Source of the DNA: Heptranchias perlo
Taxonomy: Eukaryota
Length of the DNA stretch: 64,000 nucleotides
Direction of reading: 5' to 3'
Assembly (NCBI RefSeq): GCF_035084215.1
Contig: NW_027139217.1
Coordinates: 310,001 to 374,000 of the forward strand
Shown: positions 1-11,500 of the stretch, in pieces
Numbering within the stretch: position 1 is the first letter of the stretch
How the letters are laid out: the number at the start of each line of letters is the position of its first letter
The notes under the pieces: generated by a model
The model's database searches: none
The model's input: only the letters and a program-made list of their open reading frames with translations
Told to the model about the DNA's origin: nothing
Made by a program: the position numbers and the translations under genes

Positions 1-3000
1 TGTCCCCTCCTCCATATTAAAAGTCTGAGGCCCTCCGTGGATCAACCCTCAAACCGAGGGCCGTGTGGAGAGGGTCAGTGGGACCCGCGAGTATGTTCAA
101 AAAGGCCCGGCATAAAGATGGGTCAAATCGGGATCCTTCACTGCCCCGTCTCAGGCCTGCAGTCGGGGAGGGGCCTCGGTCAGGGAGGGAGGGGCCTCGG
201 TCAGGGAGGGAGGGGCCTCGGTCGGGGAGGGAGGGGCCTCGGTCAGGGAGGGAGGGGCCTCGGTCAGGGTGGGAGGGGCCTCGGTCAGGGAGGGAGGGGC
301 CTCGGTCAGGGAGGGAGGGGCCTCGGTCAGGGAGGGAGGGGCCTCGGTCAGGGAGGGAGGGGCCTCGGTCGGGGAGGGGCCTCGGGGGAGGGAGGGGCCT
401 CGGTCGGGGAGGGAGGGGCCTCGGTCGGGGAGGGAGGGGCCTCGGTCGGGGAGGGCGGGGCCTCGGTCGGGGAGGGAGGGGCCTCGGTCGGGGAGGGAGG
501 GGCCTCGGTCGGGGAGGGGCCTCGGGGGAGGGAGGGGCCTCGGTCGGGGAGGGAGGGGCCTCGGTCGGGGAGGGAGGGGCCTCGGTCGGGGAGGGCGGGG
601 CCTCGGTCGGGGAGGGAGGGGCCTCGGTCGGGGAGGGAGGGGCTTCGGTCAGGGAGGGAGGGGCCTCGGTCGGTCGGGGAGGGCGGAGCCTCGGTCGGGG
701 AGGGAGGGGCCTCGGTCAGGGAGGGAGGGGCCTCGGTCGGTCGGGGAGGGAGGGGCCTCGGTCAGGGAGGGAGGGGCCTCGGTCGGGGAGGGAGGGGCCT
801 CGGTCGGTCGGGGAGGGAGGGGACTCGGTCGGGGAGGGAGGGGCCTCGGTCGGGGAGGGAGGGGCCTCGGGCGGGGAGGGAGGGGCCTCGGTCGGTCGGG
901 GAGGGAGGGGCCTCGGGCGGGGAGGGAGGGGCCTCGGTCGGGGAGGGAGGGGCCTCGGGCGGGGAGGGAGGGGCCTCGGGCGGGGAGGGAGGGGCCTCGG
1001 TCAGGGAGGGAGGGGCCTCGGTCGGGGAGGGAGGGGCCTCGGTCGGGGAGGGAGGGGCCTCGGTCGGGGAGGGAGGGGCCTCGGTCGGTCGGGGAGGGAG
1101 GGGCCTCGGGCGGGGAGGGAGGGGCCTCGGTCCTCCAATAATATTATTGAGCACAGAGTGAAGATGGGGCGCGGATTGAGGCGGTTCCCCCCATAGTGAG
1201 GGCTCATTTAGAGAGGGTGCAGGAAGAGCAGAGAGCCCAGTGTAAGAGAGGCTGCAGTCAGGAGGTTCCGACCAGGAGACCGAGTTACGGTCCTCGTTCC
1301 CACACCTGAAACAAGCTCTTTGCAGGGTGGCAGGGACTTTAGGAGGTTCTAGAGGCTGTGGGCCCAGTGAACTATAAGGTCAGGCAACCTCAGAGAAGGA
1401 AGCCTGACCAGAAAGACCATGTGCCCCTCCTGAAGCCATGGAGAGAGAGAGGCCCTCGCAGTGATGGAGAAAGCACTAGGGGGGCCCTGGCTCCAAGGTA
1501 CAAAGCCCAGTTCACCTCTCTAGTGAGCTGCCTGAGGATCAGTGCAGGCAGGCTCAGCACCTGGGAGATGGAACCTGCAATGTATTCACATCTGGGCCTG
1601 GGAGGACGGGGGCCATCTGCTCTCACCTGGTGACACCACCAGGAGTGACAATAAAGGTCAGACCGGACCGAATCCCAGAAGCCAAACGGAGGGAGGTTCG
1701 CCAGGAGATTCCGAGGGTGTTGATCTTCGGGGTGATTGAAGAATCACGGTGAACGGAGCAGCCCCATTGTGTTGGTTCTGAATCCCGATGGGAATTGGCG
1801 ATTCTGAAATGACTTTCGGAAACTGAATGAGGATTGAAATCCGATGCTTTCCCGATGCCCCGGGGGGATGAGTTGATTGATAGATTGGCGAAGGCCCCTT
1901 TGATCTTACCCCCTTCGATCTGACCAAGGGGTGCTGGCAGATCCCTTTAACAGAGGCTGCAAAAGGAAACCCGTGTTTCGGGGTTCCCGAGGGGCTCTCC
2001 CATTCACCGTCATGGCATTTGGATTCCATGGGGGCCCAGTCATCTTCCAAAGGCTCATGGACCAAGTGTTGAGACCCCCATACCCGGGGTGCAGCCTCAT
2101 ATCTGGATGATGCCATTATTTATAGTACAGACTGGTGATCCCATTTACCTGGAGTAGAGGCTGGATTACACAGCCTAAGAAAGATTGGGCTCACGGCAAA
2201 CCCGGCCAAGGGCCACCTGGTGTTGTCGGAGGCCGACTACCGAGGGTGGACTGTCGGAGGAGGGGTGGTGAAGTCTCAGGTAAATAGAGTTGAACCTATA
2301 AAAGCCTGGCCCCGACCGAGGAATAAGCAAGTCGGGGCTTTCTTGGGCATCGTTGGTTACTCCTGCCGCTTTATTCCTGCCTTTCTCCCCGAGCCGCGCC
2401 CCCCACTTACCGAGCGAGTAAAGCAGAGGCACTGAACCTTGTACGGTGGGACCCTGAGGCGGAGACTGCTTTCAGGGACCTGAACCAAACACTGTGAATG
2501 ATCCTGAGCTCATGGTCCCAGACTTTAGTCCAAAATTTGTCTTGCAAACCGCTGCCTCCGAGGTGGGTTTGGGGGCCGTCCTCTCTCAAATGGTGAAGGG
2601 GGAGGAAATCCTGTGCTCGACCTGAACAGAAAGCTGTTGGCCAGGGGGCAGCGACACGCTACGGCAGAGAAGGAGTGCCCACCAATTAAATGGGCGGTAG
2701 AAACCCCTAAAACACCACCTGTTGGGGTACCAGCTTCTCCTCGTGACCAATCACGTGCCCCTCAAATGGATGTGGTCCAACAGTGAGAAAAATGCCCGGG
2801 TTACCCGGTGGATTTCGTCACTCCAGCCCGATTGTTTCGAGGTGGAACACCGGGCGGGAGTGGCACACGGTCACGCCGATGCCCTCTCCCGGGGGTATTG
2901 CCTCGCGGAGCGAGCAGCTGGAGCCGAGGGGTCTATGATGGGGGGGGAGGATGTGTAAGGGAGGGCCCTGATCCCCAAATAAGGGAGTGGCCCTTTTAAG

Positions 3001-3038
3001 GAGACCTCCCCTTTAAGAGGAAGGGTGTGGTCCTTTTA
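1..3038 (+). mobile_element. Degenerate Ty3/gypsy (Gmr1-type) LTR retrotransposon: integrase, RT, RNase H, PPT and start of 3' LTR
   Basis: Frameshifted integrase motifs (IKSLRPSV.., SMFKK..KDGSNRD..LP..AVGE at 1-170; GPVNYKVRQP..HV.LLKPWRER at 1358-1450). RT remnants follow at 1730-2200 (PIVLV, DLTKG.WQIPL, FQRLMDQVLRPH, YLDD), then RNase H at 2520-2900 (FVLQT.ASEVGLGAVLSQ, EKEC..IKWAVE, NARVTRW, HADALSR). A polypurine tract at about 2940-2951 is followed by TGT. Confidence 0.8.
163..1131. repeat. 21-bp G-rich minisatellite (gggcctcggtcrgggagggag) inside the integrase
   Basis: Direct tandem periodicity; 7-aa repeats (GREGPRS) in the ORF track. Confidence 0.95.
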
Positions 3039-3295
3039 ATGGGAACACCACCACCCGCACGTTCCCCTCCAAATCACACACCATCCCGACTTGGAAATAT
3101 ATCGCCGTTCCTTCATCGTCACTGGGTCAAAATCCTGGAACTCCCTTCCTAACAGCACTGTGGGAGAATCTTCACCACACGGACTGCAGTGGTTCAAGAA
3201 GGTGGCTCACCACCACCTTCTCAAGGGGCAATTAACGATGGGCAATAAATGCCGGCCTCGCCAGCGACGCCCACATCCCATGAATGAATTTTTTT
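3039..3295 (+). mobile_element. 3' end of a CR1-like LINE (same family as 40200-41270)
   Basis: Near-identical to 41017-41270 (atgggaacaccaccacc...cccacatcccatgaa). Confidence 0.75.
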
Positions 3296-3299
3296 TAAA

Positions 3300-3600
3300 A
3301 AGCACGGAAGACCATTTGACCCTTCTGCCTCTGGAAACAGTTTCTCTTTATTTACTCTCTCAAAACCCTTCATGATTTTGAACACCTCTATTAAATCTCC
3401 CCTTAACCTTCTCTGCTCGAAGGAGAACAACCCCAGCTTCTCCAGTCTCTCCACATAACTGAAGTCCCTCATCCCTGGAACCATTCCAGTAAATCTCCTC
3501 TGCACCCTCTCTGAGGCCTTCACATCCTTCCTAAAGTGCGGTGCCCAGAATTGGACACAATACTCCAGCTGAGGTCTAACCAGTGTTTTATAAAGGTTTT
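3300..3600 (-). mobile_element. CR1 LINE RT C-terminal fragment
   Basis: LYKTLVRPQLEYCVQFWAP..RLRGDLIEVFKIMKG translation. Confidence 0.85.
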
Positions 3601-3609
3601 GGTTGAGGG

Positions 3610-3970
3610 GTTTATAATGTTCACAGGATTCGATAGGGTGAGACGGAGAAACTATTTCCTCTGGTGGGGGAGTCAAGAACGAGGGGACATCATCTTAAAA
3701 TTAGAGTGAGGTCATTTAGGAGGGAAATCAGGAATCCCATTTTCACACAAAGGGAAGTGGAAATCTGGAACTCTCTCCCCCAAAAGGCTGTGGATGTCGG
3801 GACAATTGGAGCTTTTAAGACTGCGATTGATCAGAGTTTTGTTGGGTAACGGGATCAAGGGACACGGAGCAAAGCGGGAAAATGGAGATGAGGTACAGAT
3901 CAGCCATGATCTGATTGAATGGAGGAGCAGGCTCGAGGGGCTGAATGGCCTCCTCCTGTTCCTATGTTCT
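3610..3970 (+). mobile_element. CR1 LINE 3' end
   Basis: SRTRGH.LKIR..FRREIR..FTQR..IWNSLP followed by a CR1-type 3' tail (cctcctgttcctatgttct). Confidence 0.8.
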
Positions 3971-3997
3971 TCTCTCTGTCACTTTCTGCAACAAACT

Positions 3998-4010
3998 ACT
4001 TTCAGTTCCT
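3998..4010 (-). promoter_or_regulatory. ISRE / Ets-IRF composite-like element (AGGAACTGAAAGT)
   Basis: Matches GGAAnnGAAA on the - strand, about 35 bp upstream of the X box. Confidence 0.5.
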
Positions 4011-4022
4011 TGTTTAATGATC

Positions 4023-4086
4023 AAATCCTGTTCAGTTCATTCTCCCTGGCAACTGAACATGTACCGAGCAGTATTTCTCTGATTGG
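4023..4086 (+). promoter_or_regulatory. MHC S-X-Y enhanceosome-like module
   Basis: X1/RFX-like CCTGGCAACTGAAC (4045-4058) and Y box CTGATTGG (4079-4086) are 20 bp apart, the canonical MHC X-Y spacing. A weak S-like AAATCCT sits at 4023-4029 and a second CTGATTGG at 4183-4190. Confidence 0.6.
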
Positions 4087-4234
4087 ACGGTTCAGGATAT
4101 TTGGACAGTTTATTTTTACACCGACACAAACTCTCTGGGACTACTCTGGCCGGAGTTTGCTGATTCACAGGCTGCTTTCATTCTGATTGGGCACAAACTG
4201 ACTGTCGAAGCAAACAACATGGAGGTGACTGAGT

Positions 4235-5480
4235 GAGAGGGAGAGACCAGGGGGTACAGTGTTAGCACAGGGACAGAGAGAGGGAGAGACCAGGAGGTAC
4301 AGTGTTAGCACAGGGACAGAGAGAGGGAGAGACCAGGAGGTACAGTGTTAGCACAGGGACAGAGAGAGGGAGAGACCAGGAGGTACAGTGTTAGCACAGG
4401 GACAGAGAGAGGGAGAGACCAGGAGGTACAGTGTTAGCACAGGGACAGAGAGAGGGAGAGACCAGGAGGTACAGTGTGAGCACAGGGACAGAGAGAGGGA
4501 GAGACCAGGAGGTACAGTGTTAGCACAGGGACAGAGAGAGGGAGAGACCAGGAGGTACAGTGTTAGCACAGGGACAGAGAGAGGGAGAGACCAGGAGGTA
4601 CAGTGTTAGCACAGGGACAGAGAGAGGGAGAGACCAGGAGGTACAGTGTTAGCACAGGGACAGAGAGAGGGAGAGACCAGGAGGTACAGTGTTAGCACAG
4701 GGACAGAGAGAGGGAGAGACCAGGAGGTACAGTGTTAGCACAGGGACAGAGAGAGGGAGAGACCAGGAGGTACAGTGTTAGCACAGGGACAGAGAGAGGG
4801 CGAGACCAGGAGGTACAGTGTTAGCACAGGGACAGAGAGAGGGAGAGACCAGGAGGTACAGTGTTAGCACAGGGACAGAGAGAGGGAGAGACCAGGAGGT
4901 ACAGTGTTAGCACAGGGACAGAGAGAGGGAGAGACCAGGAGGTACAGTGTTAGCACAGGGACAGAGAGAGGGAGAGACCAGGAGGTACAGTGTTAGCACA
5001 GGGACAGAGAGAGGGAGAGACCAGGAGGTACAGTGTTAGCACAGGGACAGAGAGAGGGCGAGACCAGGAGGTACAGTGTTCGCACAGGGACAGAGGGAGG
5101 GAGAGACCAGGAGGTACAGTGTGAGCACAGGGACAGAGAGAGGGAGAGACCAGGAGGTACAGTGTTAGCACAGGGACAGAGAGAGGGAGAGACCAGGAGG
5201 TACAGTGTTAGCACAGGGACAGAGAGAGGGAGAGACCAGTAGGTACAGTGTTAGCACAGGGACAGAGAGAGGGAGGGACCAGGAGGTACAGTGTTAGCAC
5301 AGGGACAGAGAGAGGGAGAGACCAGGAGGTACAGTGTTAGCACAGGGACAGAGAGAGGGAGAGACCAGGAGGTACAGTGTTAGCACAGGGACAGAGAGAG
5401 GGAGAGACCAGGAGGTACAGTGTTAGCACAGGGACAGAGAGAGGGAGAGACCAGGAGGTACAGTGTTAGCACAGGGACAG
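4235..5480. repeat. 43-bp minisatellite between the SXY module and the MHC-I leader exon
   Basis: Near-perfect tandem gagagggagagaccaggaggtacagtgttagcacagggacaga, about 29 units. Confidence 0.95.
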
Positions 5481-5500
5481 AGGAGACCGTCTCCTGGAAA

Positions 5501-5510
5501 AGGATTTCCC
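5501..5510 (-). promoter_or_regulatory. NF-kB-like site (GGGAAATCCT)
   Basis: aggatttccc lies about 40 bp upstream of the MHC-I ATG; one mismatch to GGGRNNYYCC. Confidence 0.35.
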
Positions 5511-5547
5511 ACAAACTGCTCATCCCAGCCTGTCGAGGGAAGCAGCA

Positions 5548-5596
5548 ATGATTGGACTGATAGTTCTGGTCGTTCTGTGTGGAGGGGTCTCTGCAG
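5548..5596 (+). CDS. MHC-I copy 1 exon 1 (signal peptide MIGLIVLVVLCGGVSA)
   Basis: gcaATG start, hydrophobic leader, donor G|gtgagt. Confidence 0.85.
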
Positions 5597-8500
5597 GTGA
5601 GTAATGGGGTCTGAGAGGGGCTCAGTGCCAGGCTGGGTCTGTCAGGGGGTGTGTTACCCCAGGCCCTTCTCCCTCAGTCCCTCAGTGGGTGTGTTACCCC
5701 AGGCCCATCTCCCTCAGTCTGTCAGTGGGTGTGTTACCCCAGGCCCCTCTCCCTCAGTCCCTCAGTGGGTGTGTTACCCCAGGCCCCTCTCCCTCAGTCT
5801 GTCAGTGGGTGTGTTACCCCAGGCCCCTCTCCCTCAGTCTGTCAGGGGGTGTGTTACCCCAGGCCCCTCTCGCTCAGTCTGTCAGTGGGTGTGTTACCCC
5901 AGGCCCCTCTCCCTCAGTCTGTCAGTGGGTGTGTTACCCCAGGCCCCTCTCCCTCAGTCTGTCAGTGGGTGTGTTACCCCAGGTACCACTCCCTCAGTCT
6001 GTCAGGGGGTGTGTTACCCCCGGCCCCTCTCCCTCAGTCTGTCAGGGGGTGTGTTACCCCAGGCCCCTCTCCCTCAGTCTGTCAGTGGGTGTGTTACCCC
6101 AGGTACCACTCCCTCAGTCTGTCAGGGGGTGTGTTACCCCCGGCCCCTCTCCCTCAGTCTGTCAGGGGGTGTGATACCCCAGGCCCCTCTCCCTCAGCCT
6201 GTGTTGTGTTGATGTGGAGATGCCGGTGATGGACTGGGGTTGACAATTGTAAACAATTTTACAACACCAAGTTATAGTCCAGCAATTTTATTTTAAATTC
6301 ACAAGCTTTCGGAGACTTCCTCCTTCCTCAGGTAAATGTTCAGGGACTCTGTGTTGTGTTGGGGATTATTTACAGGGAGTCTGTGTTATTTTGTTGGTTC
6401 ATGCCCTGATCTCTCTCTCTCTCTCTCTCTGGGGTTGGTGTTTTGGGGTTGGTGTTTTGGGGTTCATGCCCTGATCTCTCTCTCTCTGGGGTTGGTGTTT
6501 TGGGGTTCATGCCCTGATCTCTCTCTCTCTCTGGGGTTGGTGTTTTGGGGTTCATGCCCTGATCTCTCTCTCTCTGGGGTTGGTGTTTTGGGGTTCATGC
6601 CCTGATCTCTCTCTCTCTGGGGTTGGTGTTTTGGGGTTCATGCCCTGATCTCTCTCTGGGGTTGGTGTTTTGGGGTTCATGCCCTGATCTCTCTCTCTCT
6701 GGGGTTGGTGTTTTGGGGTTCATGCCCTGATCTCTCTCTCTCTGGGGTTGGTGTTTTGGGGTTCATGCCCTGATCTCTCTCTCTCTGGGGTTGGTGTTTT
6801 GGGGTTCATGCCCTGATCTCTCTCTCTGGGGTTGGTGTTTTGGGGTTCATGCCCTGATCTCTCTCTCTGGGGTTGGTGTTTTGGGGTTCATGCCCTGATC
6901 TCTCTCTCTCTGGGGTTGATGTTTTGGGGTTCATGCCCTGATCTCTCTCTCTCTCTGTTTCAGGCTCTCACTCTCTCCGGTATTTTCTGACCGCAATGAC
7001 CCCGATCCCTGGTCTGCCGCAGTTTGTTGCTGTCGGATATGTGGACGAGGCCCAGTTTGTGATGTACGACAGCAAGCGGAGGGAGTTGATCCCACGGCTG
7101 TGGTGGATGGAGGAGAGGGAGGGGCCCGAGAACTGGGAGCGGAAGAAACAGCTGGTGCGAGGCGAGGAACAGTGGATGAAGGATTATATTCAGATCCTCC
7201 TGACCCGGACCAACCAGTCGGTCGGTGAGTTCACTCCCTCCCAACGCACTCGGGCTCTTCCTGCGGAGTCAGGGGGCGGAGAGCGGGGTCAGGGAGCGGG
7301 GAGCGGGGAGCGGGGTCAGGGAGCGGGGTCAGGGAGCGGGGAGCGGGGTCAGGGAGCGGGGAGCGGGGTCAGGGAGCGGGGAGCGGGGTCAGGGAGCGGG
7401 GAGCGGGGTCAGGGAGCGTGTCGGGGAGCAGGGTCGGGGCGGGGAGCGGGGTCAGGGGTCGTGGTCGGGGAGCGGGGTCGGGGCGGGGTCAGGGGTCAGG
7501 GAGCTGGGGCGGGGAGATGGGTCGGGGAGTGGGGTCGGGGTGGGGAGCGGCGTCAGGGGGCGGGGAGTGGGGTCAGGGGGCATGGAGTGGGGTCAGGGAG
7601 TGAGGTCAGAGGCAGGGAGCGGGGTCAGGGAGCGGGGTCAGGGGGCGGGTAGTGGGTCAGGGAGCGAGGTCAGGGTGCAGGGAGCGAGGTCAGGGGGCAG
7701 GGAGCGGGGTCAGGGGGCGGGGAGTGGGGTCAGGGGGCATGGAGCGGGGTCAGGGAGCGAGGTCAGGGGGCAGGGAGCGGGGTCAGGGGGCAGGGAGCGG
7801 GGTCAGGGGGCGGGGCCAGGGGTTGACATGCGATATTCTGACGGTCATGGACTCGGACCAACCAGTCGGGCGGTGAGTCCTCGGCCTCAAACCGCACTCG
7901 GGCTGATCCCGGGGTCAGGAGTGGGCAGGGCTGCTCCCCCTGGAAGTGAGGAAGTTCCACCCCCTCCCCCACTGTGTGACATAAGAACATAAGAAATAGG
8001 AGCAGGAGTAGGCCATCCGGCCCCTCGAGCCTGCTCCGCCATTCATAGAATCATAGAATTATAGAATCGTAGAAAATTTATGGCACAGAAGGAGGCCATT
8101 CGACCCATCGTGTCCGTGCCGGCCAAAAATGTGCCACCCAGCCTAATCCCACTTTCCAGCACTTGGTCCGTAGCCCTGTAGGTTATGGCACTTCAGGAGC
8201 ACATCCAGGTACTTTTTAAATGAGTTGAGGGTTTCTGCCTCTCCCACCCTCTCAGGCGGTGAGTTCCAGACCCCCACCACCCTCTGGGTGAAAAAAATTC
8301 TCCTCAGCTCCCCTCTAATCCTTCTACCAATTACTTTAAATCCATGCCCCCTGGGCATTGACCTCTCTGCTAAGGGAAATAGATCCTTGCCCCTCATAAT
8401 TTTATACACCGGGGAACATAGGAACATAGGAACAGGAGTAGGCCATTCAGCCCCTCGAGCCTGCTCCACCATTTGATAAGATCATGGCTGATCTGTGATC

Positions 8501-11500
8501 TCACTCCATATACCTGCCTTTGGCCCATATCCCTTAATACCTTTGGTTGCCAAAAAGCTATCCATCTCAGATTTAAAATTAGCAATTGAGCTAGTATCAA
8601 TTGCCGTTTGCAAAAGAGAGTTCCAAACTTCTACCACCCTTTGTGTGTAGAAATGTTTTCTAATCTCACTCCTGAAAGGTCTGGCTCTAATTTTTAGACT
8701 GTGCCCCCGACTCCTAGAATCCCCAACCAGCGGAAATAGTTTCTCTCTATCCACCCTATCTGTTCCTTTTAATATCTTATAAACTTCGATCAGATCACCC
8801 CTTAACCTTCGAAACTCTAGAGAATACAACCCCAATTTGTGTAATCTCTCCTCGTAACTTAACCCTTGAAGTCCGGGTATCATTCTAGTAAACCTACGCT
8901 GCACTGCCTCCAAGGCCAATATGTCCTTCCGAAGGTGCGGTGCCCAGAACTGCTCACAGTACCTCAATTAAATCTCCCCTCAGCCTCCTTTGTTCAAAAG
9001 AAAACAACCCCAGCCCATCCAATCTTTCCTCATAGCTAAAATTCTCCAGTCCTGGCAACATCCTCGCAAATCTCCTCTGTACCCTCTCTAGTGCAATCAC
9101 ATCTTTCCTGTAATGTGGTGACCAGAACTGTACACAGTACTCAAGCTGTGGCCTAACCAATGTTTTATACAGTTCCAGCATAACCTCCCTGCACTTATAT
9201 TCGATGCCTTGGCCTAATAAAGGAAAGTATTCCATCTGCCTTCTTAACCACCTTATCTGTCCTGCTACCTCGGGGATCTGTGGACATGCACTCCAAGGTC
9301 CCTCTCTTCCTCGACACCTCTCAGTATCCTCCCATTTATTGTGTGCTCCCTTGCCTTGTTTGCCCTCCCCAAAGGCATTACCTCACACTTCTCTGGATTG
9401 AATTCCATTTGTCACTTTTCTGCCCACCTGACCAGTCCATTGATATCTTCCTGCAGTCTACAGCTTTCCTCCTCACTATCAACCGCACGGTCAATTTTTG
9501 TATCATCTGCAAACTTCTTAATCATGGCCCTACATTTAAGTCCAAATCATTAATATATATCAAAAAAAGCAAGAGACCCAGTATCGAGCCTTGTGGAACC
9601 CCACTGGAAACAGCCTTCCAGTCACAAAAACACCCGTCGACCATTTCCCTTTGCTTCCTGCCACTGAGCCAATTTTGGATACAATTTGCCACTTTCCCTT
9701 GGATCCCATGAGCTTGTACTTTTTTGACCAGTCTGCCATGTGGGACCTTGTCAAAAGCCTTGCTAAAATCCATGTATTCTACATCAAACGCACTACCCTC
9801 ATCGACCCTCCTTGTTACCTCCTCAAAAAATTCAATCAAGTTGGTCAGACATGACCTTCCCTTAACAAATCCATGCTGACTGTCCTTGATTAACCCGTGC
9901 CTTTCTAAGTGACGGTTTATCCTGTCCCTCACAATTGATACCAATAATTTGCCCACCACTGAGGTTAGACTGACTGGCCTATAATTACTCGGTCTCTCTC
10001 TTTCTCCCTTTTTAAACAACAGTAGAACGTTAGCAGTCCTCCAATCCTCCGGCATCACGCCTGTATCCAGGGAGGATTGGAAAATGATGGTCAGAGCCTC
10101 CGCTATTTCCTCTCTTGCTTCTTTCAACAACCTGGGATACATTTCATCCGGGCCTGGTGATTTGTTTACTTTCAAAGATGCGAATCCCCTTAATATTTCC
10201 TCTCTCACTGTTTATCCCATCCAATATTTCACACTCCTCCTCCTTAACTACAATCTCTGCATCGTCCCTCTCCTTTGTGAAGACAGACGCAAAGTATTCA
10301 TTAAGAACCAGACCCACATCTTCCCCCTCCACACACAGGTTACCTTTTTGGTCTCAATCAGATCATGACTGATCTTCGACCTCAACTCCACTTTGCCGCC
10401 CGATCCCAATATCCCTTGTTTCCATCCCAGCCTTGAATATATTCAATGACTGACCATCCACAGCTCTCTGGGGGAGAGAATTCCAAAGATTCACAGCCCT
10501 CTGAGTGAAGAAATTCCTCCTCATCTCAGTCTTGAATGGCCGACCCCGAATCCTGCGACAATGCCCCCAAGTTCTAGACTCTCACAGGGGAAACAATCTC
10601 TCAGCATCTACACTGTCAAACTCCCTCTACTCCCCACCCCCCCCGCAGCCCATGTCTCTCTATTCCCCCTGTGTCTCTCTATTCCCCCCCCGTGTCTCTC
10701 TATTCCCCCCCCGTGTCTCTCTATTCCCCCCCGTGTCTCTCTATTCCCCCCCGTGTCTCTCTATTCCCCCCCCGTGTCTCTCTATTCCCCCCCCGTGTCT
10801 CTCTATTCCCCCCCCCCGTGTCTCTCTATTCCCCCCCCCGTGTCTCTCTATTCCCCCCCCCGTGTCTCTCTATTCCCCCACCCCGTGAAGTTAAGAAACA
10901 CTTCGACACTCAAAGGGTGGGAGAAGTTTGGAAACTCTCCTCCGCAAATGGCAGTTGGTGCGAGCTCAATTCGTAATTTTAAATCTGAGATTGATAGATT
11001 TTTGTTCACCAAAGATATTAAGGGATGTGGGGCTAAGGCGGGGAAATGGACTGAGGTCACAGATCAACCATGATCTCATCGAATGGCGGAACAGGCTCGA
11101 GGGGCCAAATGGCCTCGTCCTGTTCCTTTGTTCCTGTAATAAAGTTTCAATACTCTACAGGGAGTGGGCTGGTTTAGTTGACAGGCAACAGCAAGGGCAC
11201 TGGCGAAGTGGCAGGGATGGGACAGGAGTGCTGTCATCCTGAGAGTGGACACTCGGTTCATGTTCCATGGAGCCACTGCCACTTGTTGTCTCCTGTTATG
11301 CACCACCTTCTCCTGCAAGAAAGCGGGACGTGTGTCGGTGAGTGTCCTGCAAGATGTTTGGGTGATGAGCCTGTCATGGTTGAATAGCTAGTGCGTGTGG
11401 CCTGTGTGTTGTGGGTGGGTGGCTTGCAGCAGTGGTAATGTGTGAGGGTGAGAGGAAGCTTCTGGTGCGAAGAGTTGAGTACTGATGGAAAGAGTTTGTT

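Noticed and set aside
37-1196. Gly/Arg-rich 290-377 aa ORFs
   Set aside because: Three-frame read-through of a 21-bp minisatellite.
4235-5480. CRISPR-like or V(D)J RSS array (TACAGTG resembles the heptamer)
   Set aside because: Contiguous identical units without spacers; the heptamer lacks the essential CAC and there is no nonamer.
6996-7652. Alpha1 fused to a long Gly-rich tail as one ORF
   Set aside because: Read-through past the GT donor at 7225 into an intronic repeat.
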